Source: Sphingobacteriales bacterium
Lineage (GTDB): Bacteria > Bacteroidota > Bacteroidia > Chitinophagales > JADIYW01
Assembly (NCBI GenBank): GCA_016719635.1
Contig: JADJYT010000002.1
Coordinates: forward strand, 94,076-158,075
Length of the DNA stretch: 64,000 nt
Direction of reading: 5' to 3'
In this document: positions 30,603 through 40,267 of the stretch, one piece after another
Layout of the letters: each line of letters begins with the position of its first letter
How positions within the stretch are numbered: the stretch's first letter is position 1
Translations under genes and position numbers: made by a program
The notes under the pieces: model-generated
Seen by the model: the letters and a program-made list of their open reading frames with translations, nothing else
Told to the model about the DNA's origin: nothing
The model's database searches: none

Positions 30603-31595
30603 TTATTTTTTCAATACTCTCACGTTATATGCACCGGTATTGGTCTTGTCGTACACCGTTTCATAGATGGAAATATAGATATTGCCATTTTCTGCGGCGG
30701 TGCCTTCCAGTTTGGAACCTACAGGTTGTGTCACACCATTCTCACCAATCTTATACACCAATGAACCATATTTAATTTCCATTCCGTCAGAATAGGCAGC
30801 ATCTTTGACACCGCTCAAATAGCCGTCAGGGCCATATGTGCCTCCGGATAAGCTTTTCAAAATTATCTTTCCATTTGCGGAAATACTGAATTTATCGCCG
30901 TTTATTACGCTTACCCCTGTATTCAGCCAGCCTTTGTTATTTTCATTTCCGGATATGTAATAATTCGCCTTTAATTTATAGTTCCCGTCACCTACGATTG
31001 CATTCTCATCAATGGTAGAAATATCCATGCTTTCAATCTTTTCCCGTTTGAATGTCAGGGTCCCGTATTCGGACTGAATCGTAACCTCCGAAAATGCGAT
31101 AGAGCCTTCAATGGTATTGACACCATCAAAAGAAACGGCATCATTGATGGATTGCCCGGAAGGCAAATTGGCTTTTTTATACAGTTCATCTGTCAACTGT
31201 TCTATCGTGTAGTTATCCAAATCGGATATCTTATAAAAAGGATTTTGGGTAAAAGTCAAAACAGAGGATAATACAGGCGTTCCATAAGCAAGGAGCCTTT
31301 CATAAATTGGCTTTGCCTCTTCCTCCGTTTTAACGGATTGGAGTTTATTCAAATCAGGCAACACCGCACCGTCTTTTGTTTTATCGGACGGGATTCCCAG
31401 TTTCATATTGGTTATTTTTTCTACGGGGATGTTCAATGTACCGTAAGGATTTACAATCGAAATTTTGGACAATGCCGCTTTACCGGTAACCACGTCGCCA
31501 TTTTTCAACCTGACCGTTATCTGCACATTTCCGGCAAAGAGAGTTGTTGTTACTGACAGTGACAGGAGCAGGAGAAAAGAGAATACATTTTTCAT
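30603..31595 (-). CDS. secreted protein with a C-terminal PA-IL/LecA-like beta-sandwich domain (tentative)
   Basis: Signal peptide 'MKNVFSFLLLLSLSVTTTLFA'. The C-terminus 'KGWLNTGVSVINGDKFSISANG...YGPDGY...YGSLVYKIGENG...GNIYISIYE' fits the PA-IL-like pattern as I remember it. Confidence 0.55.
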   Translation of the reverse strand: MKNVFSFLLLLSLSVTTTLFAGNVQITVRLKNGDVVTGKAALSKISIVNPYGTLNIPVEKITNMKLGIPSDKTKDGAVLPDLNKLQSVKTEEEAKPIYERLLAYGTPVLSSVLTFTQNPFYKISDLDNYTIEQLTDELYKKANLPSGQSINDAVSFDGVNTIEGSIAFSEVTIQSEYGTLTFKREKIESMDISTIDENAIVGDGNYKLKANYYISGNENNKGWLNTGVSVINGDKFSISANGKIILKSLSGGTYGPDGYLSGVKDAAYSDGMEIKYGSLVYKIGENGVTQPVGSKLEGTAAENGNIYISIYETVYDKTNTGAYNVRVLKK

Positions 31596-31685
31596 GTTTT
31601 ATATTTAATAACTAAAAATACACCATTTAAAACAAATGTATGGAAGAAATATTGCAGGGATTTCAAACCTTAACAAAAGATAAGA

Positions 31686-32666
31686 TTAGTTTCCGGCCGG
31701 GGCAGATATGCAGGGTTTGCAGGAAGCCAACTCAAGATAGGGTGGATTATCCGCTGCCGACCGGTGGATAAACTGTTTGACGACAGCACCTTTATAGATT
31801 AAGAAAATACCAGGCATCTGGTACACATCGGCTCCGTCAGGTGATGTTACAAAAGCACCTTTCGTTAACCACAGATAGAGTCCTCTCACCCATACTTTAA
31901 ACCCAAACAACTGTGAGACAGTCCCTCTTTTGAGCTTAAATGCCTTATATAACAATGACTCCGGGTCTGAAATGTATTCAACATCGGATAGATTATGTTT
32001 TGCCAGTTCCTGCAAGCCGGTTTTTTCGTCCAGCATATTCACCACAATTATTTTAGTGCCCTCCTGTTCTATCTTATCTTTATATCTCCTGATGTTATAT
32101 AAAGTCTCTTTACAAAAAGTACAACCAAAATGCCTTAAAAAAATCAACATCACCGGTTGTTTATCTGCCAGCTCAACCACCGTATGATTGTTGTTTGTAA
32201 TAAACATTTCGAGCAATTCATCCGTAGAGAGATGATTCATGCGTATAAGTTCATTATCGAGTAAATACTGCAGCTTGTATGCGTTATACAGAATCCATGA
32301 AAACGGAAACAGCCAGATGATATGATTCAGTACAATCATCTTGAAAATAATTGAGTTTTCAGTGTGATGCAAGACACTGTTTAGAAAAAACAGGATTATG
32401 ATCAGCTTGTTGATAAAACCAAGTAAGACTATTCTCCAGTGACGAACAGGACTCGATGAAGCCAGAAGATAACCCGCCCCTAAGATAGACGTATAAAAAC
32501 CAATCACCTGCCAGAGCTCCATGTAATTGGGAAATGCCATATTGGATAAACGAAAGAAAAATGCCGGAAAAAAGACAACGGAAAGCCCCAAAAGCAGGTG
32601 ATAGACCCCTGCAATGTATAACAGTACCTTAAACGATCTTGAATCTTTATGCTGTATCATGCTCAT
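31686..32666 (-). CDS. membrane protein fused to a thioredoxin-fold (AhpC/TSA-like) domain
   Basis: About 4 N-terminal TM helices. C-terminal 'IFLRHFGCTFCKETL' is a CxxC-type redoxin motif. Confidence 0.65.
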   Translation of the reverse strand: MSMIQHKDSRSFKVLLYIAGVYHLLLGLSVVFFPAFFFRLSNMAFPNYMELWQVIGFYTSILGAGYLLASSSPVRHWRIVLLGFINKLIIILFFLNSVLHHTENSIIFKMIVLNHIIWLFPFSWILYNAYKLQYLLDNELIRMNHLSTDELLEMFITNNNHTVVELADKQPVMLIFLRHFGCTFCKETLYNIRRYKDKIEQEGTKIIVVNMLDEKTGLQELAKHNLSDVEYISDPESLLYKAFKLKRGTVSQLFGFKVWVRGLYLWLTKGAFVTSPDGADVYQMPGIFLIYKGAVVKQFIHRSAADNPPYLELASCKPCISAPAGN

Positions 32667-32714
32667 GATAAAACTATCAACAGCAACAGCGTAAATTTGT
32701 TTAACAGAAACCTA

Positions 32715-34058
32715 TTATTTCAGAAAATCAAGCAATTCCGCCAATGTAATAACCGTCTGCTCACCGGATTTCATGTTTTTCAGCGCAATTTTACCCTCCT
32801 GCAGTTCTGTTTCGCCGATGATGCAGACAAATGGAATATTTTTCTTATCACAATAGGCAAACTGCTTCTTCATTTTTGCATTTTCCGGATAAAACTCGGT
32901 ATTGATATCGTTTTTCCGGAGTGCAGCTACCAGTTTTAAAGATGCTTCCAATGTCGCTTCACCAAAATTGCCGACCAGAACCTTGGTGGATGTTCGTACG
33001 TCTTCCAGTAAATTAAGCTGCTGCATCGCCGTAAAAATCCTGTCCAGTCCCAAAGTTGTACCCACGGAAGGCATTTCATTCCCTGTAAACATCCCAATGA
33101 GCGTATCGTACCTCCCCCCCCCTGTTAAAGAACCGATATGTGGATGCGCTGGCAGCTTGGTTTCAAAAATGGGCCCGGTATAATAGTCCAAACCACGGGC
33201 CAGTGAAATGTCAAATTTGAAAAACCCGGATGGAATACCTAACGTGTCCAATATTGAAAACAGCTGATTTAATTCCACAATTCCTTCCTGGCAAATATCA
33301 ATGTCTTTTAATTCGTATTTTAAATGATCCAACGTAAGTTCCTTCTCCATCAGATCTTCCAGTTTCATAATGGAATCTGCACTGATATTTTTTTCCGACA
33401 ACTCCTTCTCCACTTCACGCCATTCCACCTTATCCAGCTTATCGATGGAACGACAGATTTCCTGTGTAAAACTTTCATCTAAGCCAATATAACGAACCAG
33501 GCCGTTCAAAATCTTACGGTTATTTATTTTTATCAGAAAATCAGTGAATCCCAGCTGGCTGAGTACTTCATATGTAATGGCCACCATCTCCGCATCTATC
33601 ACGACAGAAGTACTGCCTACACAATCGACATCACACTGGTAAAATTCCCGAAACCTTCCCTGGTGCGGCTGCGGCCGGTCGGCACGCCATACCGGCTGTA
33701 TCTGGTAGCGCTTGAATGGCAATGTCAATCCTGGATTCATGGCCACCACACGCGAAAAAGGCACCGTTAAATCATAATGGAGCGCAGCTTCGTCTTTGCT
33801 GCCGTTTTTATAATTCAGCCGGTAGATCAACCTGTCGGCATCTTCGCCATACTTACCGGTCAGCACATCCAGATATTCAATAGCAGGAGTTTCAAGAGGG
33901 GCAAACCCGTATTTTTTAAACGTGTCCCGCATCACCTGCAAGATGCGTTCCCTGTGCAGCATCTGCTCGGGTAAAAAATCCCTGGCTCCTTTAAACGTTC
34001 TTGGCTGTATCATTTCAAAAAGTAAATTACGATTGGTATTAGATTTTATTTGGTACAA
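32715..34058 (-). CDS. hisS: histidine--tRNA ligase
   Basis: 'FKGARDFLP', 'RYQIQPVWRADRPQ', 'GGGRYD'. The true start may be the ATG at 34013 (MIQPRTFKG), which would remove the overlap with the upstream ORF. Confidence 0.93.
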   Translation of the reverse strand: MYQIKSNTNRNLLFEMIQPRTFKGARDFLPEQMLHRERILQVMRDTFKKYGFAPLETPAIEYLDVLTGKYGEDADRLIYRLNYKNGSKDEAALHYDLTVPFSRVVAMNPGLTLPFKRYQIQPVWRADRPQPHQGRFREFYQCDVDCVGSTSVVIDAEMVAITYEVLSQLGFTDFLIKINNRKILNGLVRYIGLDESFTQEICRSIDKLDKVEWREVEKELSEKNISADSIMKLEDLMEKELTLDHLKYELKDIDICQEGIVELNQLFSILDTLGIPSGFFKFDISLARGLDYYTGPIFETKLPAHPHIGSLTGGGRYDTLIGMFTGNEMPSVGTTLGLDRIFTAMQQLNLLEDVRTSTKVLVGNFGEATLEASLKLVAALRKNDINTEFYPENAKMKKQFAYCDKKNIPFVCIIGETELQEGKIALKNMKSGEQTVITLAELLDFLK

Positions 34059-34660
34059 ATATATTTAACATCCACATTCAGATCGAATGACCTCATGAGG
34101 ATTGCTTTTTGTTCTCCGCGTATGGAAAACCCCTTTCCCGGAAAATATTCTATAATCTGCACAGATGAAAAAATAAATGAGTTGATTTTCTTGGTGATAT
34201 AAATGCGCTGTATCTCATTTTGCCTCATCTCGATGATCATGGATTTCACATTTACCTTTTCCGAAAGCGCCCTGTATTGGACGGAAGTAATACCGGAAAC
34301 GGTTGTTTTAACCGTATCGGCAAAAAACCTGCCCTTCCATGCCGGTTTATTGATATCACAATCCATCAAAGGTTCCAGCTCTTTCTTCCAGTCAATGGAA
34401 TCCAGCAGTCTGGTTTCTTTATTGGCATTCAGGTACACTGATTTTTCTTCTCGGCAGTTGTTTAATGTATTATTCTTTACATCCGTTTTCACCAGGGTTG
34501 TTATGTCAAAATAATTTACGGCTAGGGCGGAAGCATCTTGTTCTGTATGATTGCAGGAATATATAAGAAGAATACAGAGCATAAATAACAATTGTTTGTC
34601 ATCCACCTTGCAGATAAAAGACCTGCAAAACATACCGATACTATTTTTACTGATGCTCAT
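34046..34660 (-). CDS. hypothetical lipoprotein
   Basis: 204-aa ORF with 'LLIYSCNH' lipobox-like sequence. 4-nt overlap with the gpmI stop. Confidence 0.55.
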   Translation of the reverse strand: MSISKNSIGMFCRSFICKVDDKQLLFMLCILLIYSCNHTEQDASALAVNYFDITTLVKTDVKNNTLNNCREEKSVYLNANKETRLLDSIDWKKELEPLMDCDINKPAWKGRFFADTVKTTVSGITSVQYRALSEKVNVKSMIIEMRQNEIQRIYITKKINSFIFSSVQIIEYFPGKGFSIRGEQKAILMRSFDLNVDVKYICTK

Positions 34661-36192
34661 ATTCCTATTAATACCGTTCCGTCCATTTTTTCCGGTACGG
34701 GGAGTTTCATTACCTTTAAAATCGTTGGTGCAATATCGGCCAGTTTCCCGGGTTGCATAGGATTCTTGTAATGATTACTTATCAAAAATAAAGGGACTAT
34801 ATTTTTGGTATGCGCCGTATTGGGTGTTCCGTCTTCATTGACGATATAATCAGAATTTCCATGATCCGCCGTCAGGAAGATGGAATAATCCTTTTCCAAT
34901 GCTTTCGTCACCACCTGCCCCACACAGGCATCTACCGTTTCTGCAGCCCTGATTGCCGCACCAAACACACCGGTATGTCCTACCATATCGGTGTTGGCAA
35001 AATTCAGACATATAAAATGCGGCTCCTGTTTATCCATGTATTCTATGACGGCATCCGTTACCTCTTGCGCGCTCATTTCCGGCTGCAGGTCATACGTGGC
35101 CACTTTGGGAGATGGAATCATGATGCGTTCTTCGCCGGCAAACAGGTCCTCTCTTCCACCTGAAAAGAAAAATGTCACATGCGGATATTTTTCCGTTTCA
35201 GCAATCCGCAATTGAGTGAGTCCATTCTTTGATATGACTTCCCCCAGTGAATCCGGTATATTATCTTTCCCGAAAATAGCTTTTACATTTTTAAACTTCT
35301 CATCGTAGATGGTCATTGTTACATAATACAAAGGCATCGTATACATACCGTTATCCGGCATATCCTGCTGCGTGAGCACAGTGGTAATTTCCCGGCATCT
35401 GTCTGTTCTGAAATTAAAACAAATCACCACATCATCTGACTGAATGGTGGCTAAAGGTTCACCGCTCTCATGGACGATGACTGCCGGTTTTATAAACTCG
35501 TCCGTTACTTCATTTTGGTAAGAGGCATTTATAGCTGAAACAGCATCCTGAAATTTTTCTCCTGTTCCGTTCAGCAGTAAATCATACGCCAGTTTTATAC
35601 GCTCCCAACGCTTATCTCTGTCCATGGCGTAGTACCGGCCGCAGATCGAAGCTATTTTTGTCGGTGTATTTCTGCAAAAATCATCCAGGTCTGTCAGAAA
35701 TTTAAGTCCGCTCCTGGGGTCGGTATCCCTGCCGTCAGTAAAAGCATGCACATAACTTTTTTGTACGCCGTTTTCTTTTGTTGCTTTTATCAATGACTTC
35801 AAATGACTGCTGTGAGAGTGTATTCCTCCATCCGACACCAGTCCCATAAAATGCACCTGTTTATTGTTGGATCTGGCATACTTGAAAGCATCCTTTAAGA
35901 CTTCATTCTCCGCCAATTCTCCCGTTTGCACCTTTCTGTTAATCAACATCAGATCCTGATAAACCACTCTGCCGGCGCCTAAATTCATGTGTCCGACTTC
36001 GGAATTGCCCATCTGGTCATCCGGCAGCCCTACATAGGCACCATGTGTAAGCAATCCGGTATTTGGATATTTCAGGTATAAACTATCTGTAAAAGGTGTA
36101 TTGGCCGCTTCAATGGCACTGGAGGCAGGGTTACGGTTAATGCCCCAACCATCCATAATTATTAACATTGCTTTTGGTTGTTTAGACTCCAC
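34657..36192 (-). CDS. gpmI: 2,3-bisphosphoglycerate-independent phosphoglycerate mutase
   Basis: 'LIIMDGWG', 'GNSEVGHMNLGAGR', 'TADHGN'. 511 aa. Confidence 0.96.
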   Translation of the reverse strand: MESKQPKAMLIIMDGWGINRNPASSAIEAANTPFTDSLYLKYPNTGLLTHGAYVGLPDDQMGNSEVGHMNLGAGRVVYQDLMLINRKVQTGELAENEVLKDAFKYARSNNKQVHFMGLVSDGGIHSHSSHLKSLIKATKENGVQKSYVHAFTDGRDTDPRSGLKFLTDLDDFCRNTPTKIASICGRYYAMDRDKRWERIKLAYDLLLNGTGEKFQDAVSAINASYQNEVTDEFIKPAVIVHESGEPLATIQSDDVVICFNFRTDRCREITTVLTQQDMPDNGMYTMPLYYVTMTIYDEKFKNVKAIFGKDNIPDSLGEVISKNGLTQLRIAETEKYPHVTFFFSGGREDLFAGEERIMIPSPKVATYDLQPEMSAQEVTDAVIEYMDKQEPHFICLNFANTDMVGHTGVFGAAIRAAETVDACVGQVVTKALEKDYSIFLTADHGNSDYIVNEDGTPNTAHTKNIVPLFLISNHYKNPMQPGKLADIAPTILKVMKLPVPEKMDGTVLIGI

Positions 36193-36274
36193 GTGTTAAT
36201 TTTTATAAAATTTTTCTATTTTTAGACATTCTTTGGCACAAAATGTGCGCTACGAATTACGAAAATACAATTTT

Positions 36275-36667
36275 ATGAAGGTTTTCAAGCCAATATCAAT
36301 ATTTATATTTTGTTTACTTTTTAGTTCAATCGTATTGGCGCAAGACATCACCTCTTCCATTCCGGCAGCCATAAAAACAGGAAACGCCGCTTCGATTGCT
36401 AAAAACTTTGATAAAAGGGTAGATATCACCATTGAAGAGAATGCCGATAACTACAGCAATATTCAGGCGGAGATGATACTGAAATCTTTTCTAGGAAAAT
36501 TTTCAACCCGTGATTTCAATGTATTGCATAAAGGCACCTCTCCGGACGGCGCTCAATATACCATTGGGAGTTTAAAAACTAATTCAGGCACTTACAGAAC
36601 CTACATCTACATCAAAAAATCCGGCGGTGTCAATTATATTCAGGAAATCCGTTTTGAAAAGGAATAG
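36275..36667 (+). CDS. DUF4783-like secreted protein
   Basis: Signal peptide 'MKVFKPISIFIFCLLFSSIVLAQ'. Size and position upstream of nadC resemble DUF4783 proteins; this is from memory, not a search. Confidence 0.55.
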   Translation: MKVFKPISIFIFCLLFSSIVLAQDITSSIPAAIKTGNAASIAKNFDKRVDITIEENADNYSNIQAEMILKSFLGKFSTRDFNVLHKGTSPDGAQYTIGSLKTNSGTYRTYIYIKKSGGVNYIQEIRFEKE

Positions 36668-36721
36668 TGCTGACAGATGTCATCAGTAATTAGTGGTTGG
36701 AAAATTTTATTACTTTTGACT

Positions 36722-37573
36722 ATGATAAATGAGCAAGAACTCCGTCAATTTATTGAAAACGCACTCCACGAAGATGTTCGCGAGGGAGACCATTCTTCTT
36801 TAGCCTCCATTGATAAGGACACGCAGGGCAAAGCACGGTTACTGGTAAAGGATAATGGCATCTTATGCGGTATTGATGTGGCAAAAGCTGTTTTTGGGGC
36901 AGTTGACACGAACCTGACGATGGATATCCATATCTCGGAAGGCAATGCGGTCCGATACGGTGACGTCGCTTTTCACGTTTATGGAAGTGCGATTTCCATT
37001 CTGACTGCGGAGCGGCTGGTACTGAACTGTATGCAGCGCATGAGCGGGATTGCAACCAGAACGAGTGAATATGTAAAAGCGGTTGAAGACACTTCTGCCA
37101 AAGTGATTGATACTCGAAAAACAACGCCCAATCTTCGTTTTTTGGAAAAATATGCAGTCACTGTGGGCGGCGGATTCAATCACAGGTTCGGCTTGTATGA
37201 CATGATTATGCTGAAAGACAATCATATCGATTTTTGCGGCGGTATCACAAAGGCTGTTCAGAAAGTACACGAATACCTGAAAGCCCATGCGTTGAATCTA
37301 AGAATTGAAGTGGAAACAAGAAATCTGGATAATGTCAGAGAAGTGATGCAATGCGGCGGTATTGACCGGATTATGCTGGATAATTTTACGCCTGAACTGG
37401 TAAAAGAGGCCATCCAGATTATCAATGGAAAATTTGAAACAGAAGCCAGCGGAGGTATTACGCTGGATACCATCCGTTCGTTTGCGGAAACAGGAGTCGA
37501 TTTTATTTCTGTGGGTGCATTGACGCATTCCGTAAAAAGTCTTGACCTGAGTTTAAAAGCAGAAATAAATTAA
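36722..37573 (+). CDS. nadC: nicotinate-nucleotide pyrophosphorylase (carboxylating)
   Basis: 'TRKTTPNLR', 'GGGFNHRFGLYD', 'LKDNH', 'MLDNF', 'EASGGIT'. The ATG at 36722 is preferred. Confidence 0.93.
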   Translation: MINEQELRQFIENALHEDVREGDHSSLASIDKDTQGKARLLVKDNGILCGIDVAKAVFGAVDTNLTMDIHISEGNAVRYGDVAFHVYGSAISILTAERLVLNCMQRMSGIATRTSEYVKAVEDTSAKVIDTRKTTPNLRFLEKYAVTVGGGFNHRFGLYDMIMLKDNHIDFCGGITKAVQKVHEYLKAHALNLRIEVETRNLDNVREVMQCGGIDRIMLDNFTPELVKEAIQIINGKFETEASGGITLDTIRSFAETGVDFISVGALTHSVKSLDLSLKAEIN

Positions 37574-37576
37574 TGT

Positions 37577-37960
37577 ATGAAATCCTGTATCCTGGTATTA
37601 TTCACGCTGATGTTTAACGTATCCTTTTCTCAGGGAGAAAACGACATACTGCGCATCAGAACGATGACCGAATATGTGAATACCCACCTGGGCGATTTCA
37701 AAAAAGCCAGCCTCAAAACTGCAGGCCCTGCGGATGCTGAAAAAAAAGAAATTGAAATCTATACGTCAGAGCCCAATACTATACGGCTAATTACAGAGAC
37801 TTACCCTTCTGAAACCGGAAAAACCATCATCCGCGACTATCTGGAAAATGGTGAACCTTATTTTGTACTCAAAGAATATTATACATACAATGTTCCCATC
37901 ACCGATACCAAATTTGACATTCAGAAATCCGAAAAAAAAGAAGTGAGTTATTTTTTTTAA
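37577..37960 (+). CDS. hypothetical secreted protein (possibly truncated by a nonsense codon)
   Basis: Signal peptide 'MKSCILVLFTLMFNVSFSQ'. The frame stays open for 44 more codons after the TAA at 37958-37960, up to 38095. Confidence 0.55.
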   Translation: MKSCILVLFTLMFNVSFSQGENDILRIRTMTEYVNTHLGDFKKASLKTAGPADAEKKEIEIYTSEPNTIRLITETYPSETGKTIIRDYLENGEPYFVLKEYYTYNVPITDTKFDIQKSEKKEVSYFF

Positions 37961-38144
37961 AACGGACGAGTCATAAAATGGATGACCGGTAAGAAAACAA
38001 ATAAATTCGACAAAGCCTCTGCCATTGTCGAGAATAACATTATTGAAAACATCCGTTCGATTGTTTCAGAATACGAAAAGGCCGGTGCACCCTAACTTAT
38101 GTCCGTAAAATCAGAACGGAAATCTCTTTACAACAAAAGAAATC

Positions 38145-39044
38145 ATGAAAAAGAAAATACGATTTATCGTTAACCCCGAATCAGGCACTACTTTAGGCGG
38201 CCGTTTTTCAGAGCGACTGGTGAAAAAAAACCTGGATTTACAAAAGTTTGATTATGATATCTATACTACCCGGTATGCCGGACACGCCATCAAGATTGCA
38301 CAGCAATCACTGATAGAGAATATTGATATTATCGCCGTCGCCGGAGGCGACGGAACACAAAATGAGGTGGGGCAGGTATTGGTGAATAAACCCGTTATCA
38401 TGGCGAGTATTCCTACCGGCTCCGGAAATGCCAATGCCCGTAAATTGAATATTCCGATTGATGTTGCCCAATCCATACAACTGCTCAATACGGGAAAGCC
38501 GTTTAAAATCGACGCACTGATTTTGAACGGACAGCCTTTTTTTATGACGGCCGGTATCGGCTATGATGCCAAGGTGGTGGAACAGTTTAATAAGATTCCG
38601 TTTCGCGGAGTGGGTGCATACCTAACCGGCGTTCTGAGCACCGCCTTTACCTACAAGCTGCCCCGTTTTACGATTGAAATCGACAACGAACCTATCATTG
38701 AAACCACTGCCTTTACGGTACTCATCACTTCCACCGGGCAACTCGGATACAATGTGGAATTTTCACATAACAGCATATTGAACGATGGTAAATTTGAAAT
38801 CACCCTAGTCAAGGATTTTGACAGAAAACAGGTACCGCAGTTAATTTATGAATGTTTTTTCGGCGATATCTCCACACAGCCCATGATTGAATCCTACCGG
38901 GTGAATAAGGTATTGAAAATCAGAGCGGATAAAATTGAGAGCATACAAATGGACGGCGACTATAAAGGCCAAACGAATTATATAGAAGTTACCTGTAAGA
39001 AACATGCACTGAATTTTATGGTGGATAAGGATTTTAAGATATAG
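38145..39044 (+). CDS. diacylglycerol/lipid kinase family protein (YegS/BmrU-like)
   Basis: 'IIAVAGGDGTQNEV', 'IPTGSGNA'. Confidence 0.85.
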   Translation: MKKKIRFIVNPESGTTLGGRFSERLVKKNLDLQKFDYDIYTTRYAGHAIKIAQQSLIENIDIIAVAGGDGTQNEVGQVLVNKPVIMASIPTGSGNANARKLNIPIDVAQSIQLLNTGKPFKIDALILNGQPFFMTAGIGYDAKVVEQFNKIPFRGVGAYLTGVLSTAFTYKLPRFTIEIDNEPIIETTAFTVLITSTGQLGYNVEFSHNSILNDGKFEITLVKDFDRKQVPQLIYECFFGDISTQPMIESYRVNKVLKIRADKIESIQMDGDYKGQTNYIEVTCKKHALNFMVDKDFKI

Positions 39045-39080
39045 GAATAAAAAGTAAGGAATCGTAACAAAAAGCTATAT

Positions 39081-39419
39081 ATGACAAAAAACTGGAAAGA
39101 GCGTTTGGGAACGGTGTACTCCACCAATCCGGATTTCAACTACAGCATTCAGGGTGGTGAGGAAGCAGAAACACTTCCTAAGGAAAAGCAATTGCTCTAT
39201 GTATCCTTAGACTCTAAACAGCGCAAGGGAAAAACCGTCACCTTGATTCAAAACTATATCGGCAAAGCCGAAGACCTGGAAATACTGGCCAAACTGCTGA
39301 AAACCAGATGCGGTGTGGGCGGCTCCGCTAAAGACGGAGAAATCGTCCTGCAAGGTGACTTTAAACAAAAAATTAAGGAGTTGCTGGAAAAAGAAGGCTA
39401 TAAGGTAAAATTGAAATAA
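39081..39419 (+). CDS. yciH: translation initiation factor SUI1/YciH family
   Basis: 112 aa. 'RKGKTVTLI', 'LKTRCGVGGSAKDGEIVLQGD'. Confidence 0.85.
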   Translation: MTKNWKERLGTVYSTNPDFNYSIQGGEEAETLPKEKQLLYVSLDSKQRKGKTVTLIQNYIGKAEDLEILAKLLKTRCGVGGSAKDGEIVLQGDFKQKIKELLEKEGYKVKLK

Positions 39420-39453
39420 TGGATAATTTAATTTCCGGTGGAAGTATAAAACA

Positions 39454-39957
39454 ATGAATCTGGAACAGGACATAAAACAGTTAGCATCCAATGCCCTGAA
39501 AAACAAGAAAGCGCATCAGAAATTAATTACGGAGTTAAAGAAATTAAAACCGTTTGATGTCGACGAATTATTTCACACACAACATGAAGAGGTATTTGCA
39601 GAAACAGACTGCCTGCAATGTGCCAACTGCTGCAAAACCACACCGCCGTTATTGCTGAATGAAGACATCAATCGCATCAGTAAAGCGTTGAATATTCCTG
39701 TAAAAAGGATGATGGTGGAATATGTTGTCCGCGATGCAGAAGGCGACCTGGTTTTCAACCAAACCCCCTGCCCGTTTCTGGGAAAGGATAATTACTGCAC
39801 CATCTATGATGTTCGTCCGAATGCCTGCCGGGAATATCCGCATACCAACCGAAAGAAAATGCACCATATCCTGGATTTAACGGTTACCAACGCCGGCATC
39901 TGCCCGGCTGTAGTGAAAATACTGGATAACATACAGGCTACCCTGCTTTCCGACTGA
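39454..39957 (+). CDS. YkgJ-family cysteine-cluster protein
   Basis: 'CLQCANCCK', 'CPFL....YCTIYDVRPNACREYP'. Confidence 0.8.
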   Translation: MNLEQDIKQLASNALKNKKAHQKLITELKKLKPFDVDELFHTQHEEVFAETDCLQCANCCKTTPPLLLNEDINRISKALNIPVKRMMVEYVVRDAEGDLVFNQTPCPFLGKDNYCTIYDVRPNACREYPHTNRKKMHHILDLTVTNAGICPAVVKILDNIQATLLSD

Positions 39958-40081
39958 AACGATTTTCTGTTTAAAATCTGACTATTTACGGATGATTACT
40001 GACCGACAAGGGCAATGACGGATACCCTACGCATTGACTGCCTGACCTAAAATACAAGCGCCTGTTTAGAATTAAACTCCA

Positions 40082-40147
40082 TTCACTCACTGATTTTTCC
40101 ATTTACTCACCGTATTCCATATCATCGAGATACAGGATATACCTTTA
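40082..40147 (+). promoter_or_regulatory. promoter-like module copy 1: tandem boxes TTCACTCA (40082-40089) and TTTACTCA (40102-40109) plus a -7-like TAccTTTA (40140-40147)
   Basis: Same box-box-promoter layout as copies 2-4. The downstream leader AAACCATAAAACTAGG (40181-40196) matches the AAACCATAAA(A)CTATG leaders of copies 2 and 4, but has AGG in place of ATG. Confidence 0.4.
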
Positions 40148-40220
40148 CAGCATCAAACAAACAAAAACCATAAACAACTGAAACCATAAAACTAGGAAAA
40201 CCACTTAACCATGGAAACGA

Positions 40221-40260
40221 CCTTGTCTGCACAGCATTTGCAGGCAAGGTTAATTCTTAT
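40221..40260 (+). terminator. hairpin terminator between convergent units
   Basis: 11-bp stem ccttgtctgca/tgcaggcaagg with one G-U pair, 7-nt loop, then T-rich ttaattcttatt. It lies just 3' of the minus-strand regulator stop at 40268. Confidence 0.55.
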
Positions 40261-40267
40261 TAGAATT

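Noticed and set aside
30324-37960. Genome-wide TAA stop-codon reassignment or readthrough as the explanation for the two in-frame TAA codons
   Set aside because: TAA ends conserved genes at their normal lengths in this same window (for example prmA at 3982-3984 and tdk at 23004-23006). Reassignment is therefore not supported.
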